Position numbers and translations under genes: made by a program | Shown here: in pieces, positions 1 through 8,681 of the stretch | Numbering within the stretch: the first letter of the stretch is position 1 | Layout: each line of letters starts with the position of its first letter | Notes under the pieces: model-generated | Told to the model about the DNA's origin: nothing | The model's input: the letters and a program-made list of their open reading frames with translations, nothing else | Databases searched by the model: none | IMG/VR virus record: IMGVR_UViG_3300043400_000016 | Coordinates: 1-55,589 of that record | Strand: one strand, 5' to 3' | Source of the DNA: a virus | Lineage: Duplodnaviria > Caudoviricetes | Length of the DNA stretch: 55,589 nucleotides

Positions 1-2
1 TT

Positions 3-161
3 CCAGAGGAAGAGGACTACAAGCTCAAGCTAAGTTTTGGTTTATCGCATATCATTCGCATGAAAATAAAAAGAGATGCGTATTATAACGGTGCCTTCCG
101 TGTGAAACAAGCAATAAGGGCATACATACTAAAGTCTACTCCAGCGTTTAGAGATTACTGA
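3..161 (+). CDS. 3' end of a gene entering from the left edge (hypothetical)
   Basis: Open frame PEEEDYKLKLSFGLSHIIRMKIKRDAYYNG...AFRDY* read manually, ending TGA 159-161. Confidence 0.35.
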   Translation, partial: PEEEDYKLKLSFGLSHIIRMKIKRDAYYNGAFRVKQAIRAYILKSTPAFRDY

Positions 162-667
162 CAGCTAGATCCGTTTCTACCGTATGCTCGTAGCCATTAA
201 ACCTAATATAATCAGGGTCCAAAAATGAGTAAACTTGGCACACCATTAGCAAAAGGCCGTTCTTTCATCTTGTTAAAGAAGGAGATACCACCATCACCGG
301 AATATTATGCATCACCTCTCGTATGGCTCAGCACCAATAGCACCGTAACCATCGCAGTAGATCTAAGAGCCCGTATACAAGTACGCCTATTCAGGGATAC
401 CAGATACCCGCCCAACATTATTAGATACCCGTTCAACATTAGGATATTATTAAGATAGAATTTCACATAAAAAAAAAAACAAAACACACCAAACATGAAC
501 AGTAAGCTAGGCGCAAGAGTACGCACATATAGTACATGCTTCAATATACACTTATTAGACTCTGTATTAGATAAAACCAGGAAGACAGGCACACTTACCG
601 TGTCTCTGGAAGGTAGGCTTATTATTACTAATAACGGAAAGATGGATCTGACTAGGATGGAGAGAAC

Positions 668-868
668 ATGCGCAAGCTCGGTGATAGTTTGAACATGCAC
701 ATACACAGCGATAAAGCGGAGGTTGCCTATACCATCTTACTCCGCTTATACGTGACTGTTCCAGGGGTACGAAATAAAGCGCAGCATCTTCCGGATCTCA
801 TTTTTCTTAATAGTAGCGAGATAAGGAATAAGATACCGGGGCTTGGATTCCGCTGGGCTGTAATTTGA
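668..868 (+). CDS. small hypothetical protein
   Basis: 66-aa ORF with GGAGAG upstream of ATG; no recognisable motif. Confidence 0.3.
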   Translation: MRKLGDSLNMHIHSDKAEVAYTILLRLYVTVPGVRNKAQHLPDLIFLNSSEIRNKIPGLGFRWAVI

Positions 869-1148
869 GTTAGTTTAAGGGAAATATCAGGGATAATTCA
901 AAAATACGTACTGTTTTCAAAAATTGGGACATTTAGGGTGGGAGTTGGTGGTGATTAAGTAGGTATAAATAACAAGCTCACCAACCCACTATAAATTATG
1001 AAGTAGGTACACTAATGCATCAGGTACCACCACATCATGTGCCAGGCACCCAGGTACAACCTACATCATCATCCGTGCTCATAATGCCATCAGTGTACCT
1101 GTACCTGCTCTTCAGTACTCAAACACTGTTTACTTCAAATCAGGCTAT

Positions 1149-1175
1149 TTGACATCCGAGTGTTTCTGTTAGTCT
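1149..1175 (+). promoter_or_regulatory. sigma70-like promoter of the ParB-like gene
   Basis: TTGACA 1149-1154, TAGTCT 1170-1175 (15-bp spacer), followed by AAGGA and ATG 1209. Confidence 0.5.
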
Positions 1176-1208
1176 GATAACTAACCCACAGTTCCAGAAA
1201 GGAACATC

Positions 1209-2045
1209 ATGCCCCACGCGTTACCCAAAGTGAAGACAGCGGAGGAAAGAGCTACCAATCCTTTCAAGACCGTGTTCAAAGAAATTGAACTCACAAAACT
1301 TATCCCGCATCCAAACAACCGGAAAGACGATTACACCGATGACGCTTTCAAAGAACTCGTAGCTTCAATAAAAGAAGTTGGCGTCCTTACTCCGATACTG
1401 GTACGTGAGGATCTTTCCGGTTATCAGATTATTGGTGGGCACCGCCGTTACTATGCTGCGGTGCAGTGCGGCATTAAAAAACTGATGTGCTCCATATCTT
1501 CTGCCTCCGAGCAAGAAGGGTTGATGTACAAGAGTGTTGATAACTCTAACCGGAAAGAGATGAGCGGCATGGAGTGGTACTCAGATTTCTTGTCCTACAA
1601 AAAGTTTGGCGGTACTAGGAAAGAACTCGCTGCTAAGATGGGCAAGAGTGAGGAGTGGCTTAAGAAGTTAATCCAGATTGGTAAGCTCCCCGAAGACATC
1701 CGTAAGCAGGCTCGAAAGGAACGCTGGTCATTAAACAAACTGACTACTTACAAGCCTCCCCATAATCCTACTAAATTAGTAGGGGATGGGGAGGATCCTC
1801 CCCAAGTAGAACAAAAAGATAAAGATATCCGGAATGCGGTACCCAAGGCTAAGGACAGCAAACAGCGTTTGCAGAAGTCGCCAGAAAAAGAAGTAGCCGA
1901 AGTGGCTGTGATACTAGCCATCGGTGACCGGCAGTTTGAGCTAACTGGCAAGTGGGAGTCTCTGGCCTTATCTAACACAGAGAAGTGGCTGAAGTCGCTG
2001 ATGGCGGGTAAACCGCTGGGGTTCACTGGCTACACTGAGCTATGA
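1209..2045 (+). CDS. ParB/Spo0J-family protein (ParB N-terminal domain plus HTH)
   Basis: LIPHPNNR, ELVASIKEVGVLTPILVR, YQIIGGHRRYYAA (ParB box II GxRR) and TRKELAAKMGKSEEWLKKL helix-turn-helix. Confidence 0.85.
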   Translation: MPHALPKVKTAEERATNPFKTVFKEIELTKLIPHPNNRKDDYTDDAFKELVASIKEVGVLTPILVREDLSGYQIIGGHRRYYAAVQCGIKKLMCSISSASEQEGLMYKSVDNSNRKEMSGMEWYSDFLSYKKFGGTRKELAAKMGKSEEWLKKLIQIGKLPEDIRKQARKERWSLNKLTTYKPPHNPTKLVGDGEDPPQVEQKDKDIRNAVPKAKDSKQRLQKSPEKEVAEVAVILAIGDRQFELTGKWESLALSNTEKWLKSLMAGKPLGFTGYTEL

Positions 2046-2057
2046 TCGCAGAGACTG

Positions 2058-2303
2058 GCCAAACTCGCCGCGATTAAGCAATAGGGCGGCGATAAATGCC
2101 ATTGCCGCCATTATTATATCTACCCCCTATAGATTACGCATAAAAGCTGAGATCTTAGTTCCAATGGCTTCTATTCCGGTTTGCTCTAGTGCAGCTATGC
2201 CAGTAGTTAATAACAAACAGTGTTTGAGTATAGGTCAGAATAAACTCTGCCACCAACTCGCCAAACTCGCTAACTGATGCAGGTGAAGTCGCCAAACTCG
2301 CCG
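2058..2303 (+). repeat. direct repeats GCCAAACTCGC in non-coding DNA
   Basis: Copies at 2058, 2260 and 2291 plus partial CAACTCGCC at 2254. Confidence 0.6.
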
Positions 2304-2584
2304 TGCGTTTATTTTTATTATGTGCGCCACGCCATACATTTATTATTATGGATCGGCTCCATGGCGGCAGCGGAGCAGAGGACCAACCAGTGGAACTACG
2401 GTACCTGGGTGTGGAGGTACGCGGTGCTCCAGGTGCAGCGCCCCACCTGCCTTAGTGTTCATATGAACTCCAACTAGTCCGTATTGACCCTACTAACAGG
2501 GTTGAAACAAACTCCTTGACCATGTTTTCCCTGGCCTATGGTTTGCCTCAACAAGCCCACAAGGCACAACAAGGAACCAATACC

Positions 2585-2932
2585 ATGACACCAGAGCAAA
2601 TCCTTCCAGGTTATCTTGAAGCCTGTGCATGGGCTGAATCAGGAGACGAGGGTTGCAGCCTCGGAATCAATGCTCCCGACTTCTCAGAGCCTGCAAAAGT
2701 GTATGCACTGGAACGGTGCGAATCCTTCCTACATGACAATCCGGACGTTGAGGGATTGGACCCGGAACAGGTGGGCCATGACTTGTGGCTTACTTCCCGG
2801 GGGCATGGTGCGGGCTTCTGGGATCGTGGTTTAGGGGAACGGGGTCACCGTCTGACCAAGCGAGCCAAGCTTGAGACTTGTGAGGTCTACGTCGGCGATG
2901 ATGGGTTGATCCATTTTGACGGTGAAAAATAA
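2585..2932 (+). CDS. hypothetical early protein (acidic, conserved phage-type GHDLWLT..GHGAGFWDR motif)
   Basis: ORF track 2516-2932; start moved to ATG 2585 behind AAGGA. Confidence 0.75.
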   Translation: MTPEQILPGYLEACAWAESGDEGCSLGINAPDFSEPAKVYALERCESFLHDNPDVEGLDPEQVGHDLWLTSRGHGAGFWDRGLGERGHRLTKRAKLETCEVYVGDDGLIHFDGEK

Positions 2933-3012
2933 CCTATTGACACCATCTCCCTGCCAGTAATCTCAAAGCATAACCAAGAGGGAATCACCCTCTACAAAAA
3001 CCGGAGTCAACC

Positions 3013-3315
3013 ATGCCCGCCACGAAGCCCACCATCCCCACCGGCAAGAAGTTTCACACGCATATCACCCGCATTGGTGCCTGCGATCATGTCACCCTGT
3101 ACGCAACTACGATTGCGATCCGTGACAACGAGAAGGGTACCATTACCCTGCGGACCGGAGGCTACAACACACCGACCACTATTCGGCGGATGAACGAATG
3201 CTTAAACCAGTGGGTGGGGCCGTGGAAGTGCCGCGTGAACAAGGCCACGTTCAAGAAGGCTGATGAGGTTGTGTTCGACATTGCCACTGCTAATCGTATC
3301 CATAAGAAAGGGTGA
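3013..3315 (+). CDS. hypothetical early protein, paralog of 3639-3914
   Basis: GGAG RBS; shares LY.T.IA..D...G.I.L.TGG..TPTT.RRMN..L with 3639-3914. Confidence 0.8.
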   Translation: MPATKPTIPTGKKFHTHITRIGACDHVTLYATTIAIRDNEKGTITLRTGGYNTPTTIRRMNECLNQWVGPWKCRVNKATFKKADEVVFDIATANRIHKKG

Positions 3316-3319
3316 TACC

Positions 3320-3556
3320 ATGGCCCAGGTTAAAATCTCGAATATTATCTACGACACGGATGAAGAAGGGGCTACCCAGGCCGTAGCCCCTAAGGAACTG
3401 ACCCTGGAAGTCTCGTTTGACGAGGATCCGGACGACATGGCACCGGGTGAGGTGGAGGAAGCCATCGCTGAGGCTATCAGTGAGCGGGTTGGTTGGTGTG
3501 CTTATAGCTTCTACTACACCATCACCAAGCCCATCGTTGTCCATGCCAGTGAATAA
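3320..3556 (+). CDS. small acidic hypothetical early protein
   Basis: ORF track 3263-3556; start moved to ATG 3320 just after the upstream stop. Confidence 0.7.
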   Translation: MAQVKISNIIYDTDEEGATQAVAPKELTLEVSFDEDPDDMAPGEVEEAIAEAISERVGWCAYSFYYTITKPIVVHASE

Positions 3557-3638
3557 ATAACTCCCTTGACATTTCCATACCTCGGTTAGTTTAAGCACAT
3601 AAATAAGGGCAGTAAGCCCTACAAACTCGGAGTCCATC

Positions 3639-3914
3639 GTGGCACGTCAACACACCAAGATCCCCACCAAGCCAGGTTACAACACTACTGTCCTGCGTGA
3701 TTCTAACGGACACATTATGGTGGTACTGTACAATACGTGCATTGCTCGCATCGACGACAGGGCAGGTATCATCAAGCTCAACACTGGGGGATTCAGCACC
3801 CCTACCACCATGCGCCGGATGAATGCGGCACTGATTGAGTACGGTTTTCCGCAACGGGTGTGCAAATCGGACTTCAAAGACACTCGCAACATCACCCTCC
3901 ACAAGGAGGGGTGA
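3639..3914 (+). CDS. hypothetical early protein, paralog of 3013-3315
   Basis: Own promoter, GGAG RBS, GTG start, shared TGG..TPTT.RRMN motif. Confidence 0.8.
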   Translation: MARQHTKIPTKPGYNTTVLRDSNGHIMVVLYNTCIARIDDRAGIIKLNTGGFSTPTTMRRMNAALIEYGFPQRVCKSDFKDTRNITLHKEG

Positions 3915-3997
3915 AATAACCTCTTGACGTATACTTGCCCTTGGTTAGACTCCACACATAACCAAGGGCTAAGCCCTACACTACAAGGAAAAGCATC

Positions 3998-4138
3998 ATG
4001 ACTTCCAGCATTATTGCCGTAAAAAATCCCAGCGGTTCTGGATGGATACTGGTTTATATTCACGGTAAGATGGTTGGTGGTAAGTATAGTGATAAGGTTT
4101 ACGCTTCTAAGCACGAGGCGGAAAACAACATCATATAA
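3998..4138 (+). CDS. 46-aa hypothetical early protein (not in ORF track)
   Basis: MTSSIIAVKNPSGSGWILVYIHGKMVGGKYSDKVYASKHEAENNII*, behind promoter 3924 and AAGGA. Confidence 0.7.
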   Translation: MTSSIIAVKNPSGSGWILVYIHGKMVGGKYSDKVYASKHEAENNII

Positions 4139-4174
4139 CAATCGGGCATGCCCTATAAACCAAGGAAAAGCATC

Positions 4175-4393
4175 ATGACTTCCACTAATCCCATCACGGT
4201 AGAGAATGGCAAAGCAACATGGACCCATCGAGCCGGTGACACGTATGCAGTTACGGGCACGGATCGCAACGGCGTACGGTTTAAACGTGTTTGTGGCTCA
4301 TTTGCCATGGCCAAAGGTATCAATACACAACAAGGAACCCGTTGGTTAGTCCGTGACGGACGTAAGTTCCGCATCCAACGCATCGGTCATTGA
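4175..4393 (+). CDS. small basic hypothetical early protein
   Basis: ORF track 4148-4393; start moved to ATG 4175 behind AAGGA. Confidence 0.7.
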   Translation: MTSTNPITVENGKATWTHRAGDTYAVTGTDRNGVRFKRVCGSFAMAKGINTQQGTRWLVRDGRKFRIQRIGH

Positions 4394-4449
4394 TTCGTAG
4401 TCCAACGATCACGGTTAATCATATAATCCTATCGACAAGGAATCAAACC

Positions 4450-4878
4450 ATGCCCCACATTTGCCTGGAACCCTACAAGCAGACTTTCAAGTGTGATGAT
4501 TGCGGCTCTGAAGGACCGTCATTCCCTAACGGCATGACCTCGGCTTATAGCATAACGCACAACCCTGATGGCTCGGAATTACTTCGTTGCCCCGCGTGCG
4601 CACATAAGCATGACATAGCGGAGTTCGAGAAGTGCGGAGACGAAGGCAAACCGTTTTATGGGTACTTCGACGAAGATCACAACCTGATTGGTTTACGCGG
4701 TAATATCTTGGCACGCAATGTGCATGCATTCCCTTGCAAACTAGCGCGACATAGCTTTATGCATCACGGCAGGCCATACAAGAGCGTGCATGTTATTGAC
4801 CCTCAAGGCCGTATCTGGTACGGTCGTGGGTCCGCTGGCATTTGCTGCACCATGCGAATGAATAAGGCCCGTAAATAA
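4450..4878 (+). CDS. hypothetical protein with Zn-ribbon (CxxC...CxxC)
   Basis: CDDC and CPAC motifs; AAGGA RBS before ATG 4450. Confidence 0.7.
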   Translation: MPHICLEPYKQTFKCDDCGSEGPSFPNGMTSAYSITHNPDGSELLRCPACAHKHDIAEFEKCGDEGKPFYGYFDEDHNLIGLRGNILARNVHAFPCKLARHSFMHHGRPYKSVHVIDPQGRIWYGRGSAGICCTMRMNKARK

Positions 4879-4918
4879 TCCTTTTCCCGTTCAACCCTTT
4901 CAACAAAGAATAAATATC

Positions 4919-5101
4919 ATGATCGAATCCCTTCCCGCTCCCATGGAACAAGTGTCACAAGCTCCAAGACATTCCACCCCGTTCCGCAGGGGTATTCAAG
5001 CCTTCAAGGCTGGAAAGGAACTGTCGGACTTCCACCCAATGGACAAGGACTACGAACAACTCAGAGCGGGTTGGTTGTACCAGGAAGGGATGGAGGCATG
5101 A
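4919..5101 (+). CDS. small hypothetical protein
   Basis: 60 aa, ATGA overlap with next gene. Confidence 0.6.
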   Translation: MIESLPAPMEQVSQAPRHSTPFRRGIQAFKAGKELSDFHPMDKDYEQLRAGWLYQEGMEA

Positions 5102-5337
5102 GTTGGGCCGCGCTAGATGCAACAGACATTCTGATTGCCCGTAAATTAAACCTAGACGGTCCTGGAGCTTTCGCCTTGCGCGAAGCCGGTGGTCGGCTAA
5201 TGGTGTGGGCCACGATCCCCGACAGTGAAAACGACGACGGAAGAAAAGCCGTATATCGTAGCACGAAGCCCATAACTGACCTGATGTGGCGGCGGGTGCA
5301 GCTACACCCATGGATTACGCAATGGGAAAGGCAGTAA
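5098..5337 (+). CDS. small hypothetical protein
   Basis: GGAGG RBS, ATGA coupling upstream and TAATG coupling downstream. Confidence 0.65.
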   Translation: MSWAALDATDILIARKLNLDGPGAFALREAGGRLMVWATIPDSENDDGRKAVYRSTKPITDLMWRRVQLHPWITQWERQ

Positions 5338-5507
5338 TGAACCAAGACGCGATAGATAGCCGCCGATATCAGTGTGAGGTTGCATATGAAGCGGGGAAGA
5401 AAGACGGGATCCGTGGAATATCAGAATCCAGAGCTATGACTAATTCTAAGCAGTACGAAGACAGCGACCAGTACCTGGAAGGGTATTACGACTTCTTAGC
5501 TCAGTGA
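5337..5507 (+). CDS. small hypothetical protein
   Basis: TAATG coupling with upstream stop; MNQDAIDSRRY... Confidence 0.55.
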   Translation: MNQDAIDSRRYQCEVAYEAGKKDGIRGISESRAMTNSKQYEDSDQYLEGYYDFLAQ

Positions 5508-5655
5508 GTAGTTGAGAATCATTCTCATCTAGTAAACAGTGTTTGCGCCGTAGGCTTGGGCATGGAAAGTCCCTCTTGACGTAGGCAAGCCGGGGTTGTA
5601 GACTCCACCCATAACAAGCCAGAAATGGCACAATCCCCACAAGGAAACCAGGATC

Positions 5656-6150
5656 ATGACTACCACCGTACACCCCCTTGTCGCAATTCTTAAAAAGTTG
5701 AACGTCACAGTAAACGTCATTAGCCGTCCAACCAGGCTGGTTAGAGATGCGGAAGGTTGGGAGTATTGGAATTGGGTTGTGCGCTTGGAACGTCGCAACG
5801 AACCAGCCAGTAATCTGTCTGACGGGTACACTACTGACATCACCTATAAGATGGGGTCGGGCCATGTGGAAGAGTTAAACCGACAGGACAAGATGCACCA
5901 AGAGAACCTGGCTGCGACGGTGATGCCCAAGCCCAAAGCTCCAGATGTTGCGACGGTCGTGCATTCACTTGTCCTTGATTCCAGCGCATGCGATAACAGC
6001 CATGCAGATTGGTGCGCAAATTTTGGCTATGATGAGGATTCAAGGAAGGCAATGGACATCTACTTAGCTTGCCAGCGGAATGGGACCACCCTTCGCAAAT
6101 TTTTTGGCAAGGACTTTGAAGCTGTCAAAGAAGCGGCACAAGACTATTGA
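5656..6150 (+). CDS. hypothetical early protein
   Basis: 164-aa ORF with own promoter and AGGA RBS; phage-type WC..FGYD.DSRKA..IY.AC motif. Confidence 0.8.
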   Translation: MTTTVHPLVAILKKLNVTVNVISRPTRLVRDAEGWEYWNWVVRLERRNEPASNLSDGYTTDITYKMGSGHVEELNRQDKMHQENLAATVMPKPKAPDVATVVHSLVLDSSACDNSHADWCANFGYDEDSRKAMDIYLACQRNGTTLRKFFGKDFEAVKEAAQDY

Positions 6151-6225
6151 CGCAGCCTTGCCCCTCTTGTATACTTTACCCATACAAGAGGGGCAACCCT
6201 CACAACCCCAGCAAAGGGAACCGTC

Positions 6226-6471
6226 ATGCTCACGTATGAAACCGACCACACCAAGATCATGGACGCTATGGACAAGCAGGAGATCCAGGTAATCCGGTTT
6301 GAAGCCAACGGCCACCGTGGTCCCGTGTTCGGAATCATCGGCACGCCGTACCGGTATCTTCACAATACGGCAGGGGATTGGAGAATATGGAAAAGTCCAG
6401 GTAGTGCTCAGCGCTGGATCCGTCAGAATTGCAAGCGCAACGAATCCGGCAAATGGGTTGCCAACTGGTAA
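6226..6471 (+). CDS. small hypothetical early protein
   Basis: Own promoter at 6147 and AAGGGA RBS. Confidence 0.7.
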   Translation: MLTYETDHTKIMDAMDKQEIQVIRFEANGHRGPVFGIIGTPYRYLHNTAGDWRIWKSPGSAQRWIRQNCKRNESGKWVANW

Positions 6472-6554
6472 AACAACCCTCTTGGCACTTTCAACCCCCT
6501 GGCTATATTCAACACATAACCAGGGGTTAAACCCCACAACAAGGAATCAAGATC

Positions 6555-6791
6555 ATGCAACTCACTCCATAAAACCACGAAGCGATCAACAAGAAGGTTG
6601 CAAATAAGCTTCGCAAATTCCTCAAGCAGATTGAGGAAAGAGGTATCGAAAGCCTGGGATTCAACTTCGAGAATATCGAAGCCTCGGAACTCTCGGACAA
6701 GGCTGCCGATGCTCTGGCTTCAGGTGACATCAACGGCTGCCTTGTGTTGGACACTTTGTCCAGCATGCATCATGATGGGGAGTTGGAGTAA
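6555..6791 (+). pseudogene. 78-codon early gene interrupted by in-frame TAA at codon 6
   Basis: Promoter 6482 and AAGGA RBS lead to MQLTP*NHEAINKKVANKLRKFLKQIEERG...GELE*; TAA at 6570-6572. Confidence 0.65.
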
Positions 6792-6880
6792 ACAACCCTA
6801 TTGACAGCATCCCTCCCCTTGTTATCCTGAAAACATAACAAGGGGACAACTAAGCCCCCACAACCACCGTAAGGTACATC

Positions 6881-7069
6881 ATGAACCAGTTCGTCTTCGC
6901 CGCTATCACGCTTTCCTTGATTGTTTCGGCTTTTGTTGTGGTCCGTGGCTGCGTTGCTGCCTACCACAACAACACACACAAGCGCCGTTGGTTGGCGCGG
7001 GCTGCGGCCACTAGGAATCGGAATGAGCAACAGTTTTGCAAGAAAACGGCTAACCGTGGGGCCTTATGA
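6881..7069 (+). CDS. small membrane protein
   Basis: N-terminal hydrophobic helix FVFAAITLSLIVSAFVVV, basic tail; own promoter at 6801. Confidence 0.65.
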   Translation: MNQFVFAAITLSLIVSAFVVVRGCVAAYHNNTHKRRWLARAAATRNRNEQQFCKKTANRGAL

Positions 7070-7296
7070 TTCAGACTATTAAACGCAAAGAATTTACTAT
7101 CCGCAAAGGGAAGGGTAATCCTCACGATAGAGAAGATAGCAGATATAATTGGGTCGTTGATAGGATTGCACCTGGCAGGATTACACAGGATTACTTTGCT
7201 TCTCGTGAACTAGCGCGTGAATGGGTCCGTGCCCAGAAGAAGATCAAGGGGTGCCACTCTGGTAAGACTGATAACCTGATCCTCATGCGCGCATGA
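7066..7296 (+). CDS. small basic hypothetical protein
   Basis: ATGA overlap with upstream gene. Confidence 0.6.
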   Translation: MIQTIKRKEFTIRKGKGNPHDREDSRYNWVVDRIAPGRITQDYFASRELAREWVRAQKKIKGCHSGKTDNLILMRA

Positions 7297-7607
7297 AAGG
7301 AGCAAGTATAGAGAATAGTTATACCTGACTAATCAGTGCAGGGGGTGAAATAAAGACCCCAAGAACTCGCCAAGAACCTGTATAGTGGGGAATAGTGCCG
7401 TAGTGACCTGAGTATCCCAGCCCCCTAATGGCCTACTACTTTTTCTCCCGACACAAATCTACTATTATAATTTTTTACTTTCTAAAAATTATCCCCTTAT
7501 TTTTCTAAAAATTATTCGCCTACAAGTTTAGTTCTTGACACACTCAGACACTAATCCACTATCTGACCATCACACCATCCAATAGAAACCCTTTCGGAGG
7601 ATTCCAT

Positions 7608-8222
7608 ATGCACGTCACGCTCAAAGATGCTCAGTCCAGTACGGTTAGCCTAGGCATCCTCGAAACGGGAACCAAATTTAAATACCCTGGTCATTCGGAT
7701 ATCTTCACGGTCTGTGCGGCAGGCTCGAACTGCTCGAGCAATGGATTTGTACCGGTCATGAACGAGGAGTTCATCGTATCGGGAACGCCTGGAACGGATA
7801 AAGTCATCCCTATCAACGTAAAGAAAGAGAACCCCCTCGTTGTCCCGGCCAAGAATATCCCTATTGGTGCGTGCTTCATGCGGACAGGAGCAGACAAAGA
7901 AGTAAGCAAACAAGTACTCATGCGTATTAGCGGAGTGACAAAGGTTGCTTCTTGGAACCATAAACCAACTATATGGGTCGGCGATGGTGGCGGTCTGCTC
8001 AAAGCAGCCTCCGCTCCACTCAGCGGTTATGCTAACAGTGGGGGCAGTTACATAGATCCCGATTCCCTGCCTACAGGCTGGGGGTTCTTTGTTGTGGACT
8101 ACGTGGATTTGGAGACTGGGAACACCGGGGTTGTTCAGGAGACCGAAGCAGTAATTCCTCTGATCGTGAAAGCTGAGGCAGAACTGACTATTGATCCGAG
8201 TAAAGATAAGAAGCAGGCATGA
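7608..8222 (+). CDS. hypothetical protein
   Basis: 204-aa ORF with GGAGG RBS. Confidence 0.75.
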   Translation: MHVTLKDAQSSTVSLGILETGTKFKYPGHSDIFTVCAAGSNCSSNGFVPVMNEEFIVSGTPGTDKVIPINVKKENPLVVPAKNIPIGACFMRTGADKEVSKQVLMRISGVTKVASWNHKPTIWVGDGGGLLKAASAPLSGYANSGGSYIDPDSLPTGWGFFVVDYVDLETGNTGVVQETEAVIPLIVKAEAELTIDPSKDKKQA

Positions 8223-8326
8223 AGTTCCTCTTCCAACGGTCCAAGACCAAAACTTGGTGGATTACGTCACAGTTAGACGGGTGCAGGAATTATTTGCTGT
8301 TCGCACTCGTTAAGGCCGAACGATGA
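8219..8326 (+). CDS. 35-aa hypothetical protein (not in ORF track)
   Basis: MKFLFQRSKTKTWWITSQLDGCRNYLLFALVKAER*, ATGA overlaps at both ends. Confidence 0.45.
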   Translation: MKFLFQRSKTKTWWITSQLDGCRNYLLFALVKAER

Positions 8327-8529
8327 CGAATAAAAATAAGCTTGGTAAGAGTCTTATTACACCCTGCCATAAAATAGTTGGTAGACTTATACATAAGTTA
8401 GAAGCGGAGCACATAAGAATTACAGATGACAATATTGAGTATGCTATGAATAGTTTTGAGGCCAGAATAGATCGCGCTACACATGGGGACGGAACTTTAG
8501 GCAGATGGTCACTTACGCTGGCAAAATAA
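8323..8529 (+). CDS. small hypothetical protein
   Basis: 68-aa ORF coupled to previous ORF. Confidence 0.45.
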   Translation: MTNKNKLGKSLITPCHKIVGRLIHKLEAEHIRITDDNIEYAMNSFEARIDRATHGDGTLGRWSLTLAK

Positions 8530-8681
8530 CGATTTGGTAAGTCTAATTTTATATGGCTATTGACGAGCACGTAGCAAACAGTTTTTGCTACCCACGTGAT
8601 ATTTACAGTGTCACAACCAGTTGCCGTAGCTAGGATTTGGTCATACCACTTCCGTAAACGCCACACGGCGGCGAGGCAACC

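Larger units (their letters stand above)
2516..6828 (+). promoter_or_regulatory. series of at least 8 related sigma70-like early promoter/leader cassettes
   Basis: TTGAC(N)/TTGGCA at 2516, 2937, 3566, 3924, 5576, 6147, 6482, 6801, each followed 15-17 bp later by TAnnnT, usually a CATA-type start, then a short GC hairpin and an AAGG/GGAG RBS. Confidence 0.8.

Noticed and set aside
305-706. 133-aa minus-strand ORF
   Set aside because: Runs through a poly-A tract and a short tandem repeat, lacks RBS and motifs; probably spurious
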